Notes: generated from the sequence alone by a model not told the origin. Positions 14,301-28,207 are shown, numbered from the stretch's first letter. The stretch: DNA of 64,000 nt from Anolis carolinensis (GCF_035594765.1 NC_085847.1:1-64000), one strand, 5' to 3'. Numbers and translations are program-made.

Positions 14301-16632
14301 ATGGGTCAAGTTTGGTCTTGATCAGACATTGGTGGGGGTCACAGTGGTCTCGGGAAGTGAGTGAAGATACTGCAAGTCCCATCGTCCATGGTCCGAATTC
14401 TTCCAAACCACACCGGGATGTAGAGTGGGTCATGGGGACTGTATGGGTCAAGTTTGGTCTTGATCAGACATTGGTGGGGGTCACTGTGGTCTCGGGAAGT
14501 GAGTGAAGATACTGCAAGTCCCATCGTCCATGGTCCAAACTCTTCCAAAACACACCAGGATGTAGAGTGGGTCATGGGGACTGTATGGGTCAAGTTTGGT
14601 CTTGATCAGACATTGGTGTGGGTCACAGTGGTCTCGGGAAGTGAGTGAAGGTATTGCAAGTCCCATCGTCCATGGTCCGAATTCTTCCAAAACACACCGG
14701 GATGTAGAGTGGGTCATGGGGACTGTATGGGTCAAGTTTGGTCTTGATCAGACATTGGTGGGGGTCACAGTGGTCTCGGGAAGTGAGTGAAGATACTGCA
14801 AGTCCCATCGTCCATGGTCCAAACTCTTCCAAAACACACCGGGATGTAGAGTGGGTCATGGGGACTGTATGGGTCAAGTTTGGTCTTGATCAGAGATTGG
14901 TGGGGGTCACAGTGGTCTCAGGAAGTGAGTGAAGGTATTGCAAGTCCCATCGTCCATGGTCCAAACTCTTCCAAAACACACCAGGATGTAGAGTGGGTCA
15001 TGGGGACTGTATGGGTCAAGTTTGGTCTTGATCAGACATTGGTGGGGGTCACAGTGGTCTCGGGAAGTGAGTGAAGGTATTGCAAGTCCCATCGTCCATG
15101 GTCCGAATTCTTCCAAAACACACCGGGATGTAGAGTGGGTCATGGGGACTGTATGGGTCAAGTTTGGTCTTGATCAGACATTGGTGTGGGTCACAGTGGT
15201 CTCGGGAAGTGAGTGAAGATACTGCAAGTCCCATCATCCATGGTCCAAACTCTTCCAAAACACACCGGGATGTAGAGTGGGTCATAGGGACTGTATGGGT
15301 CAAGTTTGGTCTTGATCAGACATTGGTGGGGGTCGCTGTGGTCTCGGGAAGTGAGTGAAGGTATTGCAAGTCCCATCGTCCATAGTCCAAACTCTTCCAA
15401 AACACACCAGGATGTAGAGTGGGTCATGGGGACTGTATGGGTCAAGTTTGGTCTTGATCAGACATTGGTGGGGGTCACAGTGGTCTCAGGAAGTGAGTGA
15501 AGGTATTGCAAGTCCCATCATCCATGGTCCAAATTCGTCCAAAACACACCGGGATGTAGAGTGGCTCATGGGTGCTCTGTGTTCCACGTTTGGTCTCATT
15601 CAGGCATTGATGGGGGTTGCAGTGGTCTCGGGAAGTAAGTGAAGATACTACAAGTCCCATCATCCATGGTCCATCCCCCCCAAACAGCACCCAGGTGTAC
15701 AGTAGGATACGGGGACTCTATGTGCCAAGTTTGGTCTCATTCAGGCATTGGTGGTGGTTGCAGTGGTCTTGGGAAGTGAGTAAAGCTACTGCAAGTCCCA
15801 TCGTCCATGGTCCAAACTCTTCCAAAACACACCAGGATGTAGAGTGGGTCATGGGGACTGAATGGGTCAAGTTTGGTCTTGATCAGTCATGGGTGTGGGT
15901 CACAGTGGTCTCGGGAAGTGAGTGAAGCTACTACAAGTACCATCATCCATGGTCCAAACTCTTCCAAACCACACCGGGATGTAGAGTGGGTCATGGGGCC
16001 TCTGTGTCCTAAGTTTGGTACTGATTCGTTGTTACTAAGAGTCGCAGTGCTCTCAGGAAGCCAGTGAAGGTATTGCAAGTCCCATCGTCCATGGTCCATC
16101 CCCCTCCAAGCAGCACCCAGGTGTAGAGTAGGACATGGGACCTCTGTGTACCAAGTTTGGTCTTGATCAGGCATTGGTGGGTGTTACAGTGGTCTTGGGA
16201 AACGAGTGAAGGTATTGCAATTCCCATCGTCCATGGTCCATCGTCCTCCAAACTTCACCAGGGTATAGAGTGGGTCATGGGTGGTCTGTGTTCCAAGTTT
16301 GGTCTTGATCAGGCATTGGTGGGGGTCGCAGTGGTCTCGGGAAGCAAGTGAAGGTACTGCGAGTCCCATTATCCTTGGTCTGTCCTCCCTCAAATTGTAC
16401 CAGGATGTAAAGTGGGTCATGGGGGGTATGTCTGCCAAGTTTGGTCCTGATCCGTCATTAGTTAGAGTAACTGTGGTCTGTCAGAGACACAGTGTTTGAA
16501 AGTACTGCAAATCCCATCATTCATTCATGCAGACAGAAGGAGGGAATGGGGAAGGAGGGAAGGAGAGAGAGAGGAGGAAGGGCAGGCCTGGAGCGCCCTC
16601 CTGTGGCCGCTCTCCAGAAGCACATCATACCC

Positions 16633-16681
<49 letters not shown>

Positions 16682-19600
16682 CCTAACCCAAAATGCAGAC
16701 TATGCAAGGAAACCGACGACACCATGGATCCTATCCTCAGCTGCTGTAAGAAAATCGCACAGACAGACTACAAACAGAGGCACAACTCTGTGGCCCAAAT
16801 GATCCATTGGAACTTATGCCTCAAGTCCCACCTGCCAGCAGCAAAGAACGGGTGGGATCACAAACCTGCAAAAGTCTTGGAAAATGAGCACGCAAAGAGA
16901 CTGTGGGACTTCCGAATCCAGACTGACAAAGTTCTGGAACACAACACACCAGACATCACAGTTGTGGAAAAGAACAAGGTTTGGATCATTGATGTCGCCA
17001 TCCCGGGTGACAGTCGCATTGAAGAGAAACAACAGGAAAAACTCAGCCGCTCTCAGGACCTCAAGATTGAACTGCAAAGACTCTGGCAGAAACCAGTGCA
17101 GGTGGTCCCGGTGGTGATGGGCACACTGGGTGCCGTGCCAAAAGATCTCAGCCGGCATTTGGAAACCATGAAAAGGAACAAAATCTGGCTCCCAGTATTA
17201 AAAAAACTCCAAAATCAGAACAGTAAATAAGGAGCAACACTCTGAGGGCAGAGGAGCCCCAAGGACGGCTAATGACTCTGAAGGATGCCCCCCAGGCAAG
17301 AGACAAACCTTTCCAATGCTAATTAGGGTAATTCAATACCTCACAACCTCTGAGGATGCCTGCCATAGATGTGGGCGAAACGTCAGGAGAGAATGCTTCT
17401 GGAACATGGCCAGACAGCCCGAAAGACAGACAACAACCCAATATGCCAGGGTGTCTGTGGGGGCCAGTCTCAAGAAGCCCATCCTACCATTGCGTTGAGT
17501 TGGTCCTGGGGGTTCTGTGTGCCAAGTTTGATCCAGATGCATCGTTGTTTGGAGGTTTGGAGGAGGATGGACCACGGGTGATGGGATTTGCAGTACCTTC
17601 GCTCACTTCCAGAAAACACTGTGGCCCCCACGAATGACGGACCGGGACCAAACTTGGCACACAGACCCCACATGACCCACTTTACCTCCTGGTGAAGTTT
17701 GGGGGAGGATGGAGCACGGATGATGGGATTTGCAGTACCTTTACTCACTTCTAGAGACCACTCTCATTTCTAGAGACCACTGCGACCCCCACGAATGATG
17801 GACCCGGACCACACTTGGCACACAGACCCCCCATGACCCATTAATACATCCTGGTACACACCGACCCCCCACCCCATGACCCACTTTACGTCCTGGTGTG
17901 GTTCTAGGGAGGATGGACCATGGATGATGGGATTTACAGTACCTTAACTAACTTCCTAAGACCACTGCTAGCCCCACGAACGACGGACCCGGACCAAACT
18001 TGGCACACAGACCCCCCCATGACCCACTTTACATCCTGTTGTAGTTTGGGGGAGGATGGACCATGAATGATGGGATTTATAGTACCTTCACTCACTTGCA
18101 GAAACCACTGTGACCCCCACAAACGACGGACCGGGACCAAACTTGGCACACAGAGTCCCCATGACCCACTTTACATCCTGTTGTAGTTTGGGGGAGGATG
18201 GACCATGGATGATGGGATTTGTAGTACCTTCACTCACTTGCAGAAAACACTGTGACCCCCACAAATGACGGACCGGGACCAAACTTGGCACACAGAGTCC
18301 CCATGACCCACTTTACATCCTGGTGTGGTTCTAGGGAGGATGGACCATGGATGATGGGATTTATAGTACCTTCACTCACTTGCAGAAAACACTGTGACCC
18401 CCACAAATGACGGACCGGGACCAAACTTGGCACACAGAGTCCCCATGACCCACTTTACATCCTGGTGTGGTTCTAGGGAGGATGGACCATGGATGATGGG
18501 ATTTATAGTACCTTCACTCACTTGCAGAAAACACTGTGACCCCCACGAATGACGGACCGGGACCAAACTTGGCACACAGAACCCCCATGATCCACTTTAC
18601 ATCCTGGTAAAGTTTGGTGGAGGATGGACCATGGATGATGGGATTTGTAGTACCTTCACTCACTTGCAGAAAACACTGTGACCCCCACAAATGACGGACC
18701 GGGACCAAACTTGGCACACAGAGTCCCCATGACCCACTTTACATCCTGGTGTGGTTCTAGGGAGGATGGACCATGGATGATGGGATTTATAGTACCTTCA
18801 CTCACTTGCAGAAAACACTGTGACCCCCACGAATGACGGACCGGGACCAAACTTGGCACACAGAGTCCCCATGACCCACTTTACATCCTGGTGTGGTTCT
18901 AGGGAGGATGGACCATGGATGATGGGATTTATAGTACCTTCACTCACTTGCAGAAAACACTGTGACCCCCACAAATGACGGACCGGGACCAAACTTGGCA
19001 CACAGAGTCCCCATGACCCACTTTACATCCTGTTGTAGTTTGGGGGAGGATGGACCATGGATGATGGGATTTGTAGTACCTCACCTGCTTGGGATCTGAC
19101 TTCAAGAGACCACGATTGACGGATCAAGACCAAACTTGGCACACAAACCCCCATGACCCACTCTACATTAATCATATATATTATACTAGCTGTGCCCGGC
19201 CACGCGTTGCTGTGGCGTTGTCTGGTGGTGTTGGTGAGAAATTGTTGAGGTAGTGGTGGTATTGAATGTCTGTTGTATGGTTGTCTTTATGTTTGGTATG
19301 CACACTGAAGTGGATTATATGGCAATGTGGACTCAAGATAATATAAGATTCTCAATGGGTTATATAGCTGTGTGGAAGGGCCTTGAGTCTACACTGCAAT
19401 ATAATCCAGTTAAAATCTGATAATCTGTGGAAGAGGCCTAAGTGAGTCCTAACTGTGCCTGTCCCCTGGGCTAAGTAGGTTGCTAGGAGACCAAGTGGGT
19501 GGAGCTTAGCCTTCAAACTGGTAGCAATTGGATAAAAACAATTATTCCTTTCCCTTTAATTAGGACTTTATTTTTTCTTTTCTTTTTGTTGTCTCAACCT

Positions 19601-20442
19601 AGAGGCGTGGATGATGGGTTGTGTTGTCAAATTTCGAGGTTGGGGGGCCTGTAGTTTTGTTGTTTTGTCCGCTGCCCTGATGCCATCACTCTTTTATAGA
19701 TATAGACTAGCTGTGCCCGGCCACGCGTTGCTGTGGCGAAGTATGGTGGTATGGGAAATAAAATATTGAGGAATTGGTGATAGTTACAATTATTGCTCTC
19801 CCTCTAATTAGGACATCATTTTTCTTTTATTTTTGTTGTATCAACCTAGAGCCATGAATGGATGGGTTGTGTTGTCAAATTTCCAGGTTGGGGGGCCTGT
19901 AGTTTTGTTGTTTTGTGCGTCGCCGTGATGCCATCACTCTTTTATATATATAGATTACATGGTATTAGTATATTACTATATAATAATAATAACAATAATA
20001 ATAATAATATTGTGGGTATGGTGTTCCTGCTCCTCTTGTTCCGCCCCGCTCCCTCCCCGCCGGTGACCCCATTCATGCCTGCCGGGTCCATTCATGGGCC
20101 CCATTGTCCTCTGCCCTGCTCTCTGGGGCCAACAGATGGCCTCCCTTCCTCCCCCCATTCACTCCTTCATTAATTAATAGAAGGAAACAATGGGGCCCCC
20201 GGGGGGGGGGGGACACGTGCCCCCAACAAGGACAAAGGCCGGCCAACGGCTACAGACCTCACCCCCCACCCCCCCCCCCGCCTCACTTAAAGGCCAACTG
20301 ATTCATTTTATTGTTTTAATTTATTTATTCTCATTACTACTATTATTATTACTATTATTATATTATTTTTGTTATTATATTATTTTATTCCATATTTTAT
20401 TATTATTCTATTTTTATATTATATATTGTTTATTATTTCGGT

Positions 20443-20483
<41 letters not shown>

Positions 20484-20547
20484 ATATTTTTATTCCATAT
20501 TTTATTATTATTCTATTTTTATATTATATATTGTTTATTATTTCGGT

Positions 20548-20586
<39 letters not shown>

Positions 20587-20743
20587 ATATTTTTATTCCA
20601 TATTTTATTATTATTCTATTTTTATATTATATATTGTCTATTATTTCGGTTACTATATATATATATATATATATATGTAATATTTTTATTCCATATTTTA
20701 TTATTATTCTATTTTTATATTATATATTGTTTATTATTTCGGT

Positions 20744-20788
<45 letters not shown>

Positions 20789-20852
20789 ATATTTTTATTC
20801 CATATTTTATTATTATTCTATTTTTATATTATATATTGTCTATTATTTCGGT

Positions 20853-20891
<39 letters not shown>

Positions 20892-21192
20892 ATATTTTTA
20901 TTCCATTTTTTATTATTATTCTATTTTTATAGTATATGTCATTGATTATTTCAGTTATTATATTATTTTTATTATATATATTATTATATAATAAATTATA
21001 TTATATATATTATTTTTATTCCATTTTTTATTATTATTTTATTTTATATTATATATCACTTATTATTTTGGTTATCCTATTATTTTTCCATTTTTTATGA
21101 TTATTCTATTTTTATATCATAGTTCATTTATTATTTTGGTTATTATATTATTTTTATTATATATATTATTATATAATAAATTATATATTATA

Positions 21193-21223
<31 letters not shown>

Positions 21224-23754
21224 CACATACACACACATACACTAGCTGTGCCCGGCCACGCGTTGCTGTGGCAAAGTGGTGGTGGTATTGGTTAAAAATT
21301 GTTGTGTAATTTTTATTTGACTTTATTTGCATTTTTTTAATTAATTTTATTGTAAGTTATATTTTTATTTATTATATTTTATTATTTTCTTGTATTATTT
21401 TTAGTTATTTTCTGTTATTATAGTATTGTATTGTATTAATTTTTTTAGTGTTTTTTATTATTTTTTATTGGGTTGCTAGGAGACCAAGTAGGCGGAGCTT
21501 AGCCTTCTAACTGGCAGCAATTGGATAAAAGCAATTATTCTCTCTAATTAGGACTTTATTTTTCTTTTCTTTTTGTTGTATCAACCTAGAGGCGCGGATG
21601 ATGGGTTGTGTTGTCAAATTTCCAGGTTGGGGGGCCTGTAGTTTTGTTGTTTTGTGGGTCGCCGTGATGCCATCACTCTTTTATATATATAGATAGATAT
21701 ATTATTTTTATTCCATTTTTAATTATTATTTTATTTTTATATTATATATCACTTATTATTTTGGTTATTATATTATTTTTATTATATATAATATTATATA
21801 ATACATTATATATTATATATATTATTTTTATTCCATTTTTATTATTATTCTATTTTTATATTATAGATCATTTATTATTTCAGTTATTATATTATTTTTT
21901 GTTATATTTTATTATTTTATACATCATTTTTGTTCTGTGACGTTATCCTCATTTTTATTCTGTTTCTATTATTCTATTATTTTTGTTATTATATATTTTA
22001 TTATTTTATAGATCATTCTATTATTTTAGTTTGTTTTTGTAATCTTATTTTTTATTTAATTTATTATTATTATTTTTATTTTATCGTTGTTACATTAAGA
22101 ATTATTTTGTATTTTATTTTATTGTTTTCTGTATTATTTTTGTATTTATATTTTATATTAATTATATATCATTGTAACATTGATTAAATATATATTCATT
22201 ACATATTTTATATTATTTTATCCTATTACTTGTATTCCATTGCATACTATTATTTATTTGTTTTCACTAGTCTCCTATGGGTCTATGGCATGTATATGAA
22301 CGGAGGCAAACTACGTCTCTCTTTTGTGTGTGCTTCCAGGGCAATGGATGACCCTCCTCCTCCTCCTCCTCCTGCGGGGGATTTGCAGTGCCTCTCCTGG
22401 CTCACCTCCGTGGACGTCCCACGTCTACAGAGCAGGACCCGACCAACACACACAGGTACCAAGATGGACCTTGACTTCCGATGGTCAATCTTGACTTCCT
22501 ATGCTCAACATTGACTTCTTCCTATGGTAAACACTGACATATCAAGCTGAACATTGACTTCCTATGGTCACCATTGACTTCCTATAATCAATGTAGACTT
22601 ACTAAGCTGAAGGTTGGCTTCCTATGGTCACCGTTGACTTCTGATGGTCACCGTTGACTTCCAGTGGTCACTGTTGACTTCCTATAATCAATGTAGACTA
22701 AGCTGAATGTTGGCTTCCTATGGTCACTGTTGGCTTCCTATGGTCACTGTTGGCTTCCTATGGTTACCGTTGGCTCCTTATGGTCACCGTTGGCTTCTTA
22801 TGGTCACCGTTGGCTTCCTATGGTCACCGTTGGCTTCCTATGGTCACCGTTGGCTTCCTATGGTCACCGTTGGCTTCCTATGGTCACCGTTGGCTTCCTA
22901 TGGTCACCGTTGGCTTCCTATGGTCACCGTTGACTTCCTATGGTCACCGTTGACTTCCAGTGGTCACTGTTGACTTCCTATAATCAATGTAGACTAAGCT
23001 GAATGTTGGCTTCCTATGGTCACTGTTGGCTTCCTATGGTCACTGTTGGCTTCCTATGGTTACCGTTGGCTCCTTATGGTCACCGTTGGCTTCTTATGGT
23101 CACCGTTGGCTTCTTATGGTCACCGTTGGCTTCCTATGGTCACCGTTGGCTTCCTATGGTCACCGTTGGCTTCCTATGGTCACCGTTGGCTTCCTATGGT
23201 CACCATTGGCTTCCTATGGTCACCGTTGGCTTCCTATGGTCACCGTTGGCTTCTTATGGTCACCGTTGGCTTCCTATGGTCACTGTTGGCTTCCTATGGT
23301 CACCGTTGGCTTCCTATGGTCACCGTTGGCTCCTTATGGTCACCGTTGGCTTCCTATGGTCACCGTTGGCTTCTTATGGTCACCGTTGGCTTCCTATGGT
23401 CACCGTTGACTTCCTATGCTCACCGTTGACTTCCTATGTTCACCGTTGACTTCCTACAATCAATGTAGACTTATCAAGCTGAATATTGACTTCCTGTGGT
23501 CAACACTGACTTCCTATGGTCACCGTTGACTTCTTATGCTCACCGTTGACTTCCAATGGTCACTGTTGACTTCCTACAATCAATGTAGACTTATCAAGCT
23601 GAACGTTGACTTCCTGTGGTCAACATTGACTTCCTATGGTCACCGTTAACTTCCCAAGGCCACCCTTGACTTCCTATGGTCACTGTTGACTTCCTATAAT
23701 CAATGTAGACTTATCAAGCTAAACGTTGACTTCCGATGGTCACTGTTGACTTCC

Positions 23755-23797
<43 letters not shown>

Positions 23798-26700
23798 TGT
23801 TGTTGTTTTCTGTGCCTGTATACAGGTCGCCTGCTGTCCTCCTCTCTGCCGCAAAGCATCCTGGGACTCAGCGCTGTGAGTGTGACCCCCTCCCTTCCCC
23901 CTCCTTGCCTTTCTCCCATTGGCTACAAGTCAAGGAGGAAGTTAACGCTTTCACTTCCCGTTAGGTCAGCCGCTATGCGCCGCTCTTCCCTCCGCCGCCA
24001 TCTTGCCAGGAGCAGCAGGCCTTCGCCATGGCGCAACAGGTACTCGATGAATAGACTATAGGGAGCACCATTCAGGTGTTTCGGCCTCACCTGCAAATAG
24101 GTGAGGAAATGGGAAATGGAGTATTATATATAGAGGATTGATTGATGTGTGTTTGTTTACCTTGTATTTCCCAGTGTCCCCCGCAGGCCGCCATGTACAG
24201 CCATTCCTCCTATGCGCTGCAGCAGCAGCAGACACCGTATGCGCCTCCGCACATTGCGCCACTCAACAACAACGCCCAGGAAATGCACCCCAAGCATTAC
24301 CCCAAACCCATATATTCCTACAGGTGGGTCTCTTCTATAGGTTTAATAGGACTTATAGGTGCCAAATATGGCGGGTCGGCCTCACCATAGTATTTTGTCT
24401 TCTTCTCACAGTTGCTTGATCGCAATGGCGCTGAAGAACAGCCAGACGGGCAGCCTCCCCGTGAGCGAGATCTACAGCTTCATGAAGGAGCACTTCCCCT
24501 ACTTCAAGGTGAGCCAAGGGCGGGCTCCGTGGCTCCTCCCCCTTTGACCCCGTTGACCCTTGAGGTCACTCAAGGTCACTTCCTTCCTTCCTTCTCTTGA
24601 AGACGGCGCCCGACGGATGGAAGAACTCGGTGCGGCACAACCTCTCGCTCAACAAGTGCTTCACGAAGGTGGAGAGCAAGGCCTCCTCCTCCTCCTCTTC
24701 CTCACGCAAGGGCTGCCTCTGGGCCCTGAACCCGGCCAAGATCGGGAAGATGGAGGAGGAGATGCAGAAGTGGAAGCGGAAGGACCTCCCCGCCATCCAC
24801 AGGAGCATGGCCAACCCAGGTGAGATACTTCCAATGGACAACGTTGACTTACTAAGGTGAACGTTGACTTCCGATGGCCAATGTTGACTTCCTATGGCCA
24901 ACGTTGACTTACTAAGATGAATGTTGACTTCCGATGGCCAATGTTGACTTCCTATGGCCAACGTTGACTTACTAAGATGAATGTTGACTTCCGATGGCCA
25001 ATGTTGACTTCCTATGGCCAACGTTGACTTACTAAGATGAATGTTGACTTCCGATGGCCAATTTTAACTTTCTTTGGCCAATGTTGACTTACTAAGATGA
25101 ATGTTGACTTCTGATGGCCAACATTGACTTTCTATGGCCAACGTTGACTTACTAGGATTAATTTTGACTTCCAATGGCAAATGTCAACTTTCTATGGCCA
25201 ACATTGACTTACTGAGATGAACGTGAACTTCCGATGGCCAACATTGACTTACTAAGATGAATGTTGTCTTCCGATGGCCAACGTTGAATTACTAAGATGA
25301 ACGTTGTCTTCCGATGGCCAATGTTGACTTTCTATGGCCAACGTTGACTTACTAAGATGAACGTTGACTTTCAATGGCCAACGTTGACTTTCTATGGCCA
25401 ATGTTGACTTACTAAGATGAACGTTGATTTCTGATGGCCAATGTCAACTTTCTATGTTGACTTACTAAGACGAACGTTGACTTCCAATAGCCAAGGTAAA
25501 ATTTCTATGGCCAACGTTGACTTACTAAGACGAACGTTGACTTCCAATGGCCAATGTCAACTTTCTATGGCCAACGTTGACTTACTAAGATGAATGTTGA
25601 CTTCCTATGGCCAAGGTTGACTTACTAAGATGAATGTTGACTTCTGATGGCCAGTGTTGACTTCCTATGGCCAAGGTTGATTTACTAAGATGAATGTTGA
25701 CTTCTGATGGCCAATGTTGACTTCCTATAGCCAACGTTGACTTACTAAGATGAACGTTGACTTTCAATGGCCAACGTTGACTTTCTATGGCCAATGTTGA
25801 CTTACTAAGATGAACATTGACTTCTGATGGCCAATGTTGACTTCCTATGGTCAACGTTGACTTACTAAGTTGAACGTTGACTTCCTATGGCCAATGTTGA
25901 CTTACTAAGATGAATGTTGACTTCCAATGGCCAACGTTGACTTACTAAGATGAATGTTGACTTCTGATGGCCAGTGTTGACTTCCTATGGCCAAGGTTGA
26001 CTTACTAAGATGAATGTTGACTTCCAATGGCCACTGTTGACTTCTGATACCCAATGTTGACTTCTGATACCCAATGTTGACTTATTAAGATGAACATTGA
26101 CTTCAATGGCCAATGTTGACTTCTTATGGCTAATGTTCACTTACTAAGATGAACATTGACTTCCAATGGCCAATGTTGAGTTCTTTTGGCCAACGTTTAC
26201 TTACTAAGGTGAAGGTTGATGTCTGATGGCCAACGTTGACTTATGCTCAACGTTGACTTACCAAGATGAACACTGACTTCCAATGGCCAATGTTGACTTC
26301 TGATACCCAATGTTGACTTATTAAGATGAACGTTGACTTTTGATGGCCAACATTGACTTACTAAGATGAATGTTGACTTAAATGGCCAATGTTGACTTCC
26401 TATGGCCAACGTTGACTCCTGATACCCAATGTTGACTTATTAACATGGACGCTGACTTCAGATGGTCAACATTGACTAAGATGAACGTTGACTTCAATTG
26501 CCAATGTTGACTTCTTATGGACAATGTTCACTTTCTAAGATGAACATTGACTTCCAATAGCCAACACTGGCTTACTAAGATTGATGTTGACGTGCTGTAG
26601 ACAATTTTGACTTACAGAGATGAACATTGACTTCTAATGACCAATGTTGACTTACTACCGTAGATGTCTGACAGCCAATGTTGACTTACATTCAACGTTG

Positions 26701-27876
26701 ACTTCCAATGGCCAATGTTGACTTATTAAGATGAACGTTGACTTCTGATGGCCAACATTGATTTACTATGATCAACGTTGACTTCCAATTGTCAGTGCTG
26801 ACTTCCAATGGCCAATGTTGACTTATTAAGATGAACGTTGACTTCTGATGGCCAACATTGATTTACTATGATCAACGTTGACTTCCAATTGTCAGTGCTG
26901 ACTTCCAATGGCCAATGTTGACTTATTAAGATGAACGTTGACTTCTGATGGCCAACATTGATTTACTATGATCAACGTTGACTTCCAATTGTCAGTGTTG
27001 ACTTCCTATGGCCAATGTTGACTTAAGAAAATGAACGTTGACTTCTGATGACCAATGATCACTTACTATGATGAACATTGACTTCCGATGGCCAACATTG
27101 ATTTACTAAGATGAATGTTGACTTCTGAATGCTGACTTACTAGGATGAATTTTGACTTCCGATGGGGAATGTTGACTTCCAGAAATGAACGTTGACTTCT
27201 GAAGGCCAATGTTGACTAGACCCTTCTTCTTGAGAGGATATCTCTTCCATTTGAGATCAGTTCTTCTCTAACCTGTGTCCATTTCTCTTCCTATAGAAGA
27301 GCTGGACAAGCTGATCACAGACCGGCCAGAGAACTGCAGGAGGAAGCCCGCCGAGGGCGAAGCCGCCCGGAACATTGTGTCACGACCCACACAACAGCCT
27401 CCACCACAACCAGTGATGGCGCTGCCCTTGCCCCCACTGTCCTTGCACCACCAGGTCCAGGCCCAGTCCTGCATGGCGCCCGACTCTCCGGCCCCCGCGC
27501 AGACCCCACCACTACATGCCCTGCACAGCATGGGGCACGGCAGCCCCCTCCCCACACCCATGATGCCACCACCACCACCACCACCGACACATGGGGTCCT
27601 CCTCCGTGGCCCCGACTTCCTCAGCGCCGTCATGGCCGACATGGACGCCGAGGTGGACGCCCTGGACCCCAGCATCATGGACTTTGCCCTCCAAGGTGAG
27701 TGGCCCCTATAGCTCTCAATGGTGGACCATATTATACAGTGTATTCTCTATATATATGCACGTTAGTACATCTTGATTATATACTCTCGTCATTATTACT
27801 ACATCATTATAATTTCTATATTATTATTAATCTTCTCTCACTCCAGAAGCAACTCCTGTTGCTCCTGAAATGAAAA

Positions 27877-27928
<52 letters not shown>

Positions 27929-28207
27929 GACATGATCCCTGTGACCAACAGGGTGGAAGTAGATTTCCAGTATCCAATGTACTGCCACCCTATTGATCGC
28001 AGGTATAATGTTCAATAATAATAATAATTATTATTATTATTATTATCCAGCATATATATCTTAGTGTCAATAATAATAATAATAATAATAATAATAGAAA
28101 TATTAAAGGTGTGATAATATAATCTAATGTACTATATATATATATTATTATTATCCAGCATATATATCTCATTTGCTGTGTCATACTTTGTGTCAATAAT
28201 AATAATC

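Noticed and set aside
11756-16351. Dozens of 64-aa and 84-aa ORFs
   Set aside because: Artefacts of the 142-bp satellite; mostly non-ATG starts and no protein features
16496-17230. 244-aa ORF (and 37054-37590) as host genes
   Set aside because: They are R4/Dong retrotransposon endonuclease fragments fused to microsatellite
22707-23449. ORFs open in all three + frames
   Set aside because: 20-bp minisatellite inside a FOXN4 intron
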